Positions 57,207-64,000 of a DNA stretch of 64,000 nt are shown one piece after another. The notes below the pieces were generated by a model. The model was given only the letters and a program-made list of their open reading frames with translations, had not been told where the DNA came from and searched no databases. The position numbers were made by a program, and so were the translations under genes. The DNA lies in the NCBI GenBank assembly GCA_031282405.1, contig JAITDU010000032.1:11154-75153 (forward strand). Reading direction: 5' to 3'. Position 1 is the stretch's first letter. Every line of letters begins with the position of its first letter. This DNA comes from Coriobacteriales bacterium (lineage in GTDB: Bacteria; Actinomycetota; Coriobacteriia; Coriobacteriales; UBA8131).

Positions 57207-59726
57207 ATGGCACTAACCGTCGCATTGGCCGGCAACCCCAACTCTGGCAAGACCACCTTGTTCAACGCGCTCACAGGTGCTAATCAATACGTAGGTAATT
57301 GGCCGGGCGTTACGGTCGAGAAAAAGGTCGGCAAGCTCAAAGGCAACAAGGATGTTTCGGTCATCGACCTGCCGGGCATCTACTCGCTCTCTCCCTATAC
57401 ACTTGAGGAAGTCGTTGCCCGCACTTACCTCATCGACGAGCGCCCCCATGCCATCATTAACATCATCGATGGTTCTAACCTGGAGCGCAATCTGTATCTC
57501 ACAACTCAGGTGTTGGAATTGGGCATCCCTACGGTTGTTGCCATCAACATGATGGATGTGGTGAGAAAAAGCGGCGATATCATCGATTTTGACAGTCTCT
57601 CTAAGCAATTGGGCTGTACGGTCGTGGAGATCTCGGCATTGAAATCGGAAGGCATTGATACGCTTCAAACAGCAGTGTTGAAAGCGGCCGAACAGGGCCG
57701 GGATTATGTGACAAACACCGCTAAGGCCAATGAGTATTACAGCGAAGATGTCACCACGGCGCTTGGCGCTATTGAGTCCAAGCTGCCAAAGTCTACTCCG
57801 CCTGAGCTCAGACGCTTTTTTGCCCTCAAGTTCTTTGAACGCGATTCCAAGATAGCAGAGCTTCTGGAGAAGGAGGCTTATGCCAGGGCCGGTCGCAGGC
57901 AAGAGGGACAAGAAAAACAAAGCGCGTCTGACGAGTCAAATCAAGCCATTGCAGCCTTGGCTTGCGAGGTCGAACCCATCATCGCCGCAACTGAGCACGC
58001 CGCCGACGATGATGCCGAGAGTATCGTCATCAACGAACGCTACGAGCACATCGCTCAAGTAATCGAGAGAGTCTATACTCAGCGCAGGCCCACGAGCGAT
58101 ACGATATCGGACAAGATAGACAAAGTGGTGACCAACCGCGTGTTGGCGCTGCCGATATTCGCGGTCATCATGTTCGCCGTCTACTTTATCTCGGTCACGA
58201 CTGTAGGTGCCTTTGCCACCGATTGGGCAAATGACGGCCTGTTTGGCGAAGGTTGGTTTTTGTCCGGTGGGGGAGAAGCTTATGAGCAGGTGCACAGCGA
58301 CTACGACAGAGCCCAACAGGAGATAGAGGCCTTTACGAGCGCTGCAACAGATGCCGGTTTTGACCCCGACTCGGATACGTTCATACAAGATGCCACGGCA
58401 GCAGGCATGGTAACCACGATCGACGCCTATGATGATGAGAGCGGCACGCACGAGTCTTTACGTGTGGATACCGCTGCCTATCAGGCCGCACGTGCGCTGG
58501 CAGAACCGAACCCCAACGACTATGGTATCTGGATACCGGGCGTGCCGGTGCTCATTAAGGGGCTCTTAACGTCTATGGGTACAGCAGACTGGTTACAGGC
58601 ACTGGTGTTGGACGGCATTGTCGCCGGTGTTGGCGCGGTTTTGGGTTTTGTACCCCAGATGTTGGTATTGTTTTTATTGTTGGCCATGTTGGAGCAATGC
58701 GGTTATATGTCGCGTATCGCCTTTATTCTGGATCGCGTATTCAGACGTTTTGGCCTGAGTGGCAAATCTTTTATCCCCATACTTATCGGCACCGGTTGCG
58801 GCGTACCCGGCATCATGGCCTCGCGCACCATCGAGAATCAAAACGACCGACGAATGACGGTCATGACCACAACATTCATCCCCTGCAGTGCCAAGCTGCC
58901 TGTTATCGCGCTGTTTTCCGGCGCGATCTTTGGCGGCGAATGGTGGGTGGCTCCCTCGGCCTATTTCCTGGGGATAGCAACTATCCTCTGCTCTGGTATC
59001 ATCCTCAAAAAGACGCGTTTTTTTGCCGGCGATGCTGCCCCGTTTCTGATGGAGCTGCCGGCCTATCATCTGCCTACGGTAGGCATGGTCGCGCGCAGCA
59101 CCTGGGAGCGCGTATGGTCGTTTATCAAGCGGGCGGGCACGATTATTCTTTTGGCCTGTATGACCATCTGGTTCATCTCTACCTATGGGTTTACGGCCGA
59201 GGGCTTTGGCATGGTTGATGATCAGAGCCAATCTATTCTGGCGGTTTTGGGCAACGCCATTGCCTGGATATTCGCGCCTTTGGGTTTTGGTAACTGGCAG
59301 GCGACCAGCGCTACCGTTACCGGCCTTATCGCTAAAGAAAACCTTGTAAGCACCTTTGCCATCCTGTATGCCGGCGGCGAGGGTTGGTACGCTAATCTCC
59401 AGGCAGGTTTTGGGCTTGCGGCGGCCTATGCCATTCTGGCTTTCAACCTGCTCTGTGCGCCTTGTGTGGCGGCCATGGGTGCCATTCGTCGCGAGATGAA
59501 CAATCGTAAATGGTTTTTTGCTGCAATTGGCTATCAATGTGCCATCGCCTGGGTTGTGGGTCTGTGGGTCTATCAATTTGGCGGCCTTATCAGCGGCGAG
59601 GCAAACCTGGGGCCCTTTACATTTATAGCTGCCGCCCTGGCCGTGGGATTTTTCTATCTGCTGTTCAGACCGATGAAGCAATCCTACAAAGACACACAAT
59701 CCAAGCGCGCCGTGGACGCTGCCTAA
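57207..59726 (+). CDS. feoB: Ferrous iron transporter FeoB
   Basis: 839-aa ORF with an N-terminal G-domain (GNPNSGKTTLFNALTG, DLPGIYS, NMMD) followed by a polytopic permease domain with Gate motifs. Confidence 0.95.
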   Translation: MALTVALAGNPNSGKTTLFNALTGANQYVGNWPGVTVEKKVGKLKGNKDVSVIDLPGIYSLSPYTLEEVVARTYLIDERPHAIINIIDGSNLERNLYLTTQVLELGIPTVVAINMMDVVRKSGDIIDFDSLSKQLGCTVVEISALKSEGIDTLQTAVLKAAEQGRDYVTNTAKANEYYSEDVTTALGAIESKLPKSTPPELRRFFALKFFERDSKIAELLEKEAYARAGRRQEGQEKQSASDESNQAIAALACEVEPIIAATEHAADDDAESIVINERYEHIAQVIERVYTQRRPTSDTISDKIDKVVTNRVLALPIFAVIMFAVYFISVTTVGAFATDWANDGLFGEGWFLSGGGEAYEQVHSDYDRAQQEIEAFTSAATDAGFDPDSDTFIQDATAAGMVTTIDAYDDESGTHESLRVDTAAYQAARALAEPNPNDYGIWIPGVPVLIKGLLTSMGTADWLQALVLDGIVAGVGAVLGFVPQMLVLFLLLAMLEQCGYMSRIAFILDRVFRRFGLSGKSFIPILIGTGCGVPGIMASRTIENQNDRRMTVMTTTFIPCSAKLPVIALFSGAIFGGEWWVAPSAYFLGIATILCSGIILKKTRFFAGDAAPFLMELPAYHLPTVGMVARSTWERVWSFIKRAGTIILLACMTIWFISTYGFTAEGFGMVDDQSQSILAVLGNAIAWIFAPLGFGNWQATSATVTGLIAKENLVSTFAILYAGGEGWYANLQAGFGLAAAYAILAFNLLCAPCVAAMGAIRREMNNRKWFFAAIGYQCAIAWVVGLWVYQFGGLISGEANLGPFTFIAAALAVGFFYLLFRPMKQSYKDTQSKRAVDAA

Positions 59727-59767
59727 CACTGAGACCAGATTCGAGTAGGTTCGAAGAGGAGGTTTTA

Positions 59768-59971
59768 ATGGAGTATGCAGGAACCATCGCCGTGGCCCTG
59801 ATTCTGCTGTTGATAGTAGGAGCAATCATCTGGCGCTTGGCCAGAGCCCGTCGGCGTGGCCATGCTGTATCCTGCCCTCAATGTCCTCATAGTTCGACCT
59901 GCGAACATCCGACCATGGTTGACGATGAGCGTTCGTCCAACCAGACTGTCTTGGACGAAACAGATACCTGA
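59768..59971 (+). CDS. FeoB-associated Cys-rich small membrane protein
   Basis: 67-aa ORF 42 nt after feoB with a GAGGAGG Shine-Dalgarno. One TM helix, then RRRGHAVSCPQCPHSSTCEH. It sits inside a longer spurious ORF that opens at 59510. Confidence 0.7.
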   Translation: MEYAGTIAVALILLLIVGAIIWRLARARRRGHAVSCPQCPHSSTCEHPTMVDDERSSNQTVLDETDT

Positions 59972-60154
59972 GAGCAGCGCGCGGTGGCGCTGGTGGCACT
60001 GGCGCTAACAGTTTACGCAAAAATGCCTGAGAAAGCGGCACCTTGCACATTCCTGTAAAACCTGCTAGAGTTCAAAATATATGAGGTCTTGTAAGGCAAC
60101 CAACACGCATCGTTTGATGCTGTAGCAACTTACCGTCCTTAGCTGTATTACTGA

Positions 60155-60469
60155 ACGGCACACAAGGGAGTCTCAACCACAGATACTACTGACACAGGCT
60201 CACGTCAAACTCCCGATGACACTGATGATACTGACAGTGATGATAGTGCTGATACACCTAACAACACATCTCCGCTAACCGGTACCAACAGTGCTCTTAC
60301 GTCTGCTTCGCCTTTAAACCAAGACGATACCTCCACTACCCTAAACCCGGTCGTTGTTGGTGTGGCCTTTGCCTGTGTGATAGCCTTTGGAGTGGTCGTT
60401 TGTGCTTTTGCCCACTTTCGAGTGAGAAAAACGCCAGAAGCCAACACCGCCCGCACAGCCACAGGCTAA
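60155..60469 (+). pseudogene. Start-less open frame encoding an acidic Asp/Thr-rich segment plus a C-terminal TM anchor (possible remnant of a surface protein gene)
   Basis: 104 sense codons between in-frame stops, with no ATG/GTG/TTG until the TM region. The product reads ...TDTTDTGSRQTPDDTDDTDSDDSADTP...VVVGVAFACVIAFGVVVCAFAHFRVRK...*. Confidence 0.3.
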
Positions 60470-60472
60470 AAA

Positions 60473-60481
60473 TGGTATAAT
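60473..60481 (+). promoter_or_regulatory. Extended -10 promoter element
   Basis: TGGTATAAT is identical to the element in front of tRNA-Lys. It lies 227 nt upstream of the next CDS. Confidence 0.4.
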
Positions 60482-60591
60482 CACTCCTGATTTACGGCGT
60501 GAAGGACAACCGCGAACCACCTTGATGTTTTACTGCGAGGTGGTTCGTCTTTACGAATAGCGAAAGGTCGTGGCGAGTGGCAGGCCCCCTC

Positions 60592-60632
60592 TGGTCTTTA
60601 ATTTGCTAAAAAACTAAGCAAATTAAAGACCA
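60592..60632. repeat. Perfect 15-bp AT-rich inverted repeat with an 11-nt A-rich loop
   Basis: TGGTCTTTAATTTGC (60592-60606) and GCAAATTAAAGACCA (60618-60632) are exact reverse complements. Confidence 0.85.
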
Positions 60633-60707
60633 CGACTGAATCTGCCAAACGTGTGTACGCATCGTGTCAATGCGTATCCGACCAAGAAAGGCACTGTGAG
60701 GCTATCC

Positions 60708-61349
60708 ATGGGCAGCGAGAAGCAAATAGTATTCAACAGCAATGAAGACCGTTCCAAGGTGGTCGATCAGGCTTTGGCGGACCAAGGTGTTCTTTTAGCT
60801 CTGGTCGATAATCTTTCGGCCGACCAGCGACGCATCCGGCAATTCTCGGCAACAGCCATCAAAGAAATCTCTTCAAAGAGCCCCGAGGCGCTGGTAGCCC
60901 ACGTTGATTCCATTGCCGATGGTCTGCATCGCCCCGAGGCACAGACCCGATGGGAGTGTCTGGAGACCTTGTCGTTTCTTGCTCCTTTTAATCCGCCGTC
61001 TTTGGATGTTGCTGTGGAAGGTGCCGAGGAATCGCTCTTTGACGAGGATAACGGTCATGCTCGATTGGCGGCGTTGCGCTTTTTATGCGCCTATGGGGCT
61101 TTGGATTGTGAACGAGCTACCGAGGTCTGGCCGCTTATCGAAGAAGGTATCCAGTGTTATCATGGCGATCCGGAATTTGAGGAGATGTTAGCATCGGTCG
61201 AGTTCTTTGCTGCGGGCGATATCGGCTCTCCGGTACGTCAGCTCGTGGTAAAGCGCCTTCAATTTGATGCTGACAATTCCAAAGGCTCAATCGGTCGGCG
61301 CGCCAGCTCTATTGTCGCGCTCTGCAAAACCGGCCAAAAACACCACTAA
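60708..61349 (+). CDS. Hypothetical all-alpha protein (HEAT/armadillo-like repeats suspected)
   Basis: 213 aa from ATG 60708. Repeated helix-pair-like segments and no catalytic motif recognised. The ORF opens at 60651. Confidence 0.5.
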   Translation: MGSEKQIVFNSNEDRSKVVDQALADQGVLLALVDNLSADQRRIRQFSATAIKEISSKSPEALVAHVDSIADGLHRPEAQTRWECLETLSFLAPFNPPSLDVAVEGAEESLFDEDNGHARLAALRFLCAYGALDCERATEVWPLIEEGIQCYHGDPEFEEMLASVEFFAAGDIGSPVRQLVVKRLQFDADNSKGSIGRRASSIVALCKTGQKHH

Positions 61350-61371
61350 ACGTTGCTTCCTGGAATCTGAT

Positions 61372-62460
61372 ATGCCAAAACACACCGTAACACTGATACC
61401 CGGCGACGGTATCGGGCCAGAGATAACTGCTGTTATGTGCCGCGTAGTAGAAGCTGTCGGCGTAGACATTGCCTGGGAGTTGGCTTGGGCCGGCACCGAG
61501 ATGCTGGAGCAAACAGGCAGTCCGCTGCCTACAGAGACCATCGAGTCCATTCGCCGCACCAAGGTTGCCATCAAAGGCCCGATTACAACGCCTGTTGGCA
61601 GCGGATTCAGATCGGTCAATGTTGAGCTGCGCAAACAGTTGGATCTCTTTGTCAATCTGCGCCCGGTGCTTTCCCTCCCCGGCACCGGCGCGCGTTATGA
61701 TAACGTCGATATTGTTATCGTCCGCGAGAATACCGAGGACCTCTATGCCGGTGTTGAGTTTGAACAGGGTACATCGGCGGCCTTGGGCCTGATTGATTAC
61801 TGTGAGCGTGCCGGTGCCGGTCATATTCGCGCGGACTCGGGTCTGTCCATCAAACCCATCTCGATAAGCGGCTCTAAGCGTATCGTAGAGTGGGGTTTTG
61901 AATACGCGCTGGCCAACAAACGCAGCAAGCTCACGGCAATTCATAAGGCCAATATCCAAAAATTCTCCGATGGCCTGTTCCTCAAAGTCGCACGCGAGGT
62001 CGCTCAGGACTTTGAGGGGCGTATCGAGTTCGAGGATCGAATAGTCGACGCGGCCTGTATGGGACTGGTCATGCGCCCCCATGAGTTCGATGTCATGGTT
62101 TTGCCCAATCTTTATGGCGACATCGTAAGCGACCTATGCGCCGGTATGGTCGGCGGTCTCGGTCTGGCTCCTGGTGCCAACATCGGCACTGAATACGCGG
62201 TTTTTGAGCCGGTACATGGCTCTGCACCTAAATACGCCGGCAAGGACAAGGCCAACCCAACGGCCGAGTTGCTTACAGCCGTTTTGATGCTCAGGCATCT
62301 GGGAGAGAAGGACGCGGCTGACCGCATCATGACAGCTATCACCTCCGTTTTGGCCGAGGGGCGCTTCGTAACCTACGACATCAAGCGCTCGCTTACGGGT
62401 TCAACCGCAGGCAGTGTCGGGACTGTCGCATTCGCCGAGGCGCTCATAAACCGTTTGTGA
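61372..62460 (+). CDS. icd: Isocitrate dehydrogenase (NAD-dependent type; isocitrate/isopropylmalate dehydrogenase family)
   Basis: VTLIPGDGIGPEI start, SVNVELRKQLDLFVNLRP, IVRENTEDLYAG and NLYGDIVSDL motifs. The ORF opens at 61264; ATG 61372 gives a homolog-like N-terminus. Confidence 0.85.
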   Translation: MPKHTVTLIPGDGIGPEITAVMCRVVEAVGVDIAWELAWAGTEMLEQTGSPLPTETIESIRRTKVAIKGPITTPVGSGFRSVNVELRKQLDLFVNLRPVLSLPGTGARYDNVDIVIVRENTEDLYAGVEFEQGTSAALGLIDYCERAGAGHIRADSGLSIKPISISGSKRIVEWGFEYALANKRSKLTAIHKANIQKFSDGLFLKVAREVAQDFEGRIEFEDRIVDAACMGLVMRPHEFDVMVLPNLYGDIVSDLCAGMVGGLGLAPGANIGTEYAVFEPVHGSAPKYAGKDKANPTAELLTAVLMLRHLGEKDAADRIMTAITSVLAEGRFVTYDIKRSLTGSTAGSVGTVAFAEALINRL

Positions 62461-62534
62461 GGCCTCGCCACTCCTGGCAAAAGGAGCAAGGGGGGGCTCT
62501 TGTCACTAACTTTTCTCTATGCTAATATAGTTAT

Positions 62535-63368
62535 ATGATGCGATATGCTCATAATTCTTCGATGACGGAAGAAGTGCCCGCACGTGTGCGCGCGCCCGAT
62601 ACTGTCGAATGTGCAATGACACGCGTGCCCCAGGTAACAAAACCTGCGAGCACGCACAAGCCAGATGTGTTGCCCTTAAGCCAGGCGCTGCTGGAGCTAG
62701 TCTGGCCGACGCGCTGTGCCGGCTGCGAAGCGCCGGGCGAGCTGCTTTGCCCTGAGTGCCGTGACAGCCTGCTGCATATCGACCATACCACCGCCTGCCC
62801 ACGCTGCGGCGCTCCTTACGGCCGTACAATCTGTACCGAATGCTATGCTGCTTCCGGAAAGCAGCTGTTCAGCTTCAGCCAGGCAGTTTGTGCCCTGGAG
62901 ATGGAGGCAATATCCGGCAGAATGATTGTCTTATACAAGGATCGCAATGAGCGCCGTCTCGCCGATTATTATGCCAACTTATTATTTGCGGCGATTCCGG
63001 CAGTTTGGTTTACCTGGGCGGATTGCCTGAGTTGGATACCCTCTGATAAGCGCAGTGTCAGACGTCGTGGCTTTGATAGCATGCGGCCAATAGCGACTCG
63101 ACTGGCCGCATTGGGCAAGGTTCCTCCTGTCGCCTTATTGCGCAAGGCGATCGTATTGGACCAGCGTCGCTTGGACCGTGAGCAGCGTCGCCAGAATCTG
63201 ATCGGTAGTTTTGCTCTTACCGATGCTGCAATTCAGGATCGTTATTCTCGTATCCTGTTGATCGACGATGTCTTTACTACGGGGGCAACACTTGATAGCG
63301 CCGCTGCCGTGTTGCTTACACAAACGGCCATCGAGGTTAGGGTGGCGACGATTCTACGCGCCTGGTAG
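62535..63368 (+). CDS. comFC: ComF family protein (ComFC, phosphoribosyltransferase-like)
   Basis: N-terminal zinc-finger pattern CAGC...CPEC...CPRCG...CTEC and the C-terminal PRTase motif ILLIDDVFTTGATL. The exact start is uncertain. Confidence 0.85.
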   Translation: MMRYAHNSSMTEEVPARVRAPDTVECAMTRVPQVTKPASTHKPDVLPLSQALLELVWPTRCAGCEAPGELLCPECRDSLLHIDHTTACPRCGAPYGRTICTECYAASGKQLFSFSQAVCALEMEAISGRMIVLYKDRNERRLADYYANLLFAAIPAVWFTWADCLSWIPSDKRSVRRRGFDSMRPIATRLAALGKVPPVALLRKAIVLDQRRLDREQRRQNLIGSFALTDAAIQDRYSRILLIDDVFTTGATLDSAAAVLLTQTAIEVRVATILRAW

Positions 63369-63425
63369 GCCGCTTTCCTCGTGTTCTGTTAAAATTTATC
63401 AAGATCCCTCCGGGTCTGTGGTTGC

Positions 63426-63496
63426 GGACAGCGCCTCGTTATCAAACAGCAAAAGCCAGCTGTTAGGTAACGATATGTGATAACGAGGCGCTGTCC
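63426..63496. repeat. Long perfect hairpin (19-bp stem) 58 nt after the comFC stop
   Basis: GGACAGCGCCTCGTTATCA (63426-63444) pairs exactly with TGATAACGAGGCGCTGTCC (63478-63496). An inner stem AACAGC/GCTGTT lies within the 33-nt interior. Confidence 0.85.
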
Positions 63497-63745
63497 TAGT
63501 CCATGGTAGCCGCGGCCGAAAGGACCCACGTAAGCGAGTCTGGGAAACGAGGCTCGTGAGCATGGCGCGGCTTAGGGGTAAGACGTACCGTCCGGCCATC
63601 GAGGCAACCGTCTCCCGGGCGAGAGGACCAGTAGTGAGATAGTATCAAGCAAACGTCCCGGTATGCGGGTGTGGGGCCAAAGACCAGGTCAGCCGGAGGG
63701 ATTGTGAGATTGATGTGAAGCGCAACCCTGCATTAAAAACAACGT
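63497..63745 (+). ncRNA. Candidate structured non-coding RNA downstream of comFC (raiA-motif RNA is the leading hypothesis)
   Basis: About 250 nt with no plausible ORF and several GC-rich complementary segments (for example AGCCGCG...CGCGGCT and CGAG...CTCG). The location directly after comFC matches the published genomic context of the raiA motif. The consensus was not verified. Confidence 0.4.
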
Positions 63746-63762
63746 GATAAGGAGCGAGTCCG

Positions 63763-64000
63763 ATGAGCAGTAAAACAGGCATGTCCTGCCAGAATGCGAT
63801 GATTGCCGCTGCTGTAGACCACAGTATACGGTCCGAAGCCGCCGTTGTACCGACCACCGTCAAAACGCGCGCGTTGCGCTCGCGGACGGTGATCGTTGTC
63901 GCGGCTGTGGCACTGGTCATTTTTACGCTGACCTTGGCCGGCTGTGCGGGAGCAACCGGCTCCAAGGAGATTAAGCGCGATCCCGTGGTGACTTCGCCGG
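63763..64000 (+). CDS. Putative lipoprotein, N-terminal fragment (continues beyond the window)
   Basis: ATG 63763 is preceded by AAGGAG. The product MSSKTG...VIVVAAVALVIFTLTLAGCAG contains a lipobox (LAGC). The frame is open to the window end. Confidence 0.6.
   Translation, partial: MSSKTGMSCQNAMIAAAVDHSIRSEAAVVPTTVKTRALRSRTVIVVAAVALVIFTLTLAGCAGATGSKEIKRDPVVTSP

Noticed and set aside
58674-59825. 383-aa minus-strand ORF antisense to feoB
   Set aside because: Shadow ORF. The FeoB frame is unambiguous from its G-domain and permease motifs.
60230-60300. SPLTG in the start-less ORF as an LPXTG sortase signal
   Set aside because: The first residue is Ser rather than Leu. The motif is about 25 residues from the hydrophobic helix instead of directly preceding it.
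61309-62082. 257-aa minus-strand ORF antisense to icd, and the 5' extension of the icd ORF (61264-61371)
   Set aside because: The antisense ORF is a shadow of the icd frame. The 5' extension overlaps the preceding gene, and the IDH homology begins at MPKHTVTLIPGDG (ATG 61372).

Overview
This 64 kb window is mostly conserved chromosomal core from a moderately GC-rich Gram-positive anaerobe. Gene content and order suggest Actinomycetota or Coriobacteriia, but that is an inference, not a database result.

Reading left to right on the + strand unless noted:
- Competence and replication: comEA (3' end), comEC, holA.
- A membrane GGDEF cyclase.
- A minus-strand XRE regulator coupled to a 934-aa DUF2339 membrane protein.
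- tig, clpP, clpX, valS, folC, a zinc-ribbon membrane protein, thrS.
- Minus-strand xth coupled to a patatin-like lipase.
- A three-gene Gtr-like glycosylation module: DUF6020-like membrane protein, GtrB-like GT2, GtrA.
- A REC-HD-GYP response regulator and a hybrid sensor kinase.
- An orphan EncFtn-like mini-ferritin, then glnA.
- A P-loop protein, a four-subunit 2-oxoacid:ferredoxin oxidoreductase, an XRE-cupin regulator and an AMP-forming acyl-CoA ligase.
- A CDGSH protein, guaB, ispG, proS, a Cys/Met PLP enzyme, thpR.
- tRNA-Pro, a DUF2085 protein, tRNA-Lys, two hypothetical genes.
- A minus-strand OYE/enoate-reductase-type flavoenzyme, a TMEM175-like channel, leuS, tRNA-Val, metY.
- feoA-feoA-feoB plus a small Cys-rich protein, a HEAT-like protein, icd, comFC, and the start of a lipoprotein.

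I found no CRISPR array, transposase, integrase, or recognisable defence system.

The most notable observations are non-coding:
1. A roughly 390-nt highly structured gene-free region sits right after comFC. This is the position where the raiA-motif RNA is known to occur.
2. Both tRNA-Pro and tRNA-Lys are followed by degenerate tRNA-like shells that repeat the tRNA termini. For tRNA-Lys the repeat is an exact 21-nt copy of the 3' end.
3. A shared GTTAG-N6-CTAAC palindrome overlaps two predicted feo promoters.
4. A roughly 460-nt leader lies upstream of metY and contains a small Met-containing ORF running into a terminator-like hairpin.
5. Several paired direct repeats sit in promoter regions.

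Coding-level oddities:
- A trigger factor that appears to lack its PPIase domain.
- The XRE-DUF2339 coupled pair.
- The oxidoreductase/acyl-CoA-ligase cluster.

Every functional call rests on motif recognition by eye. None has been checked by search.
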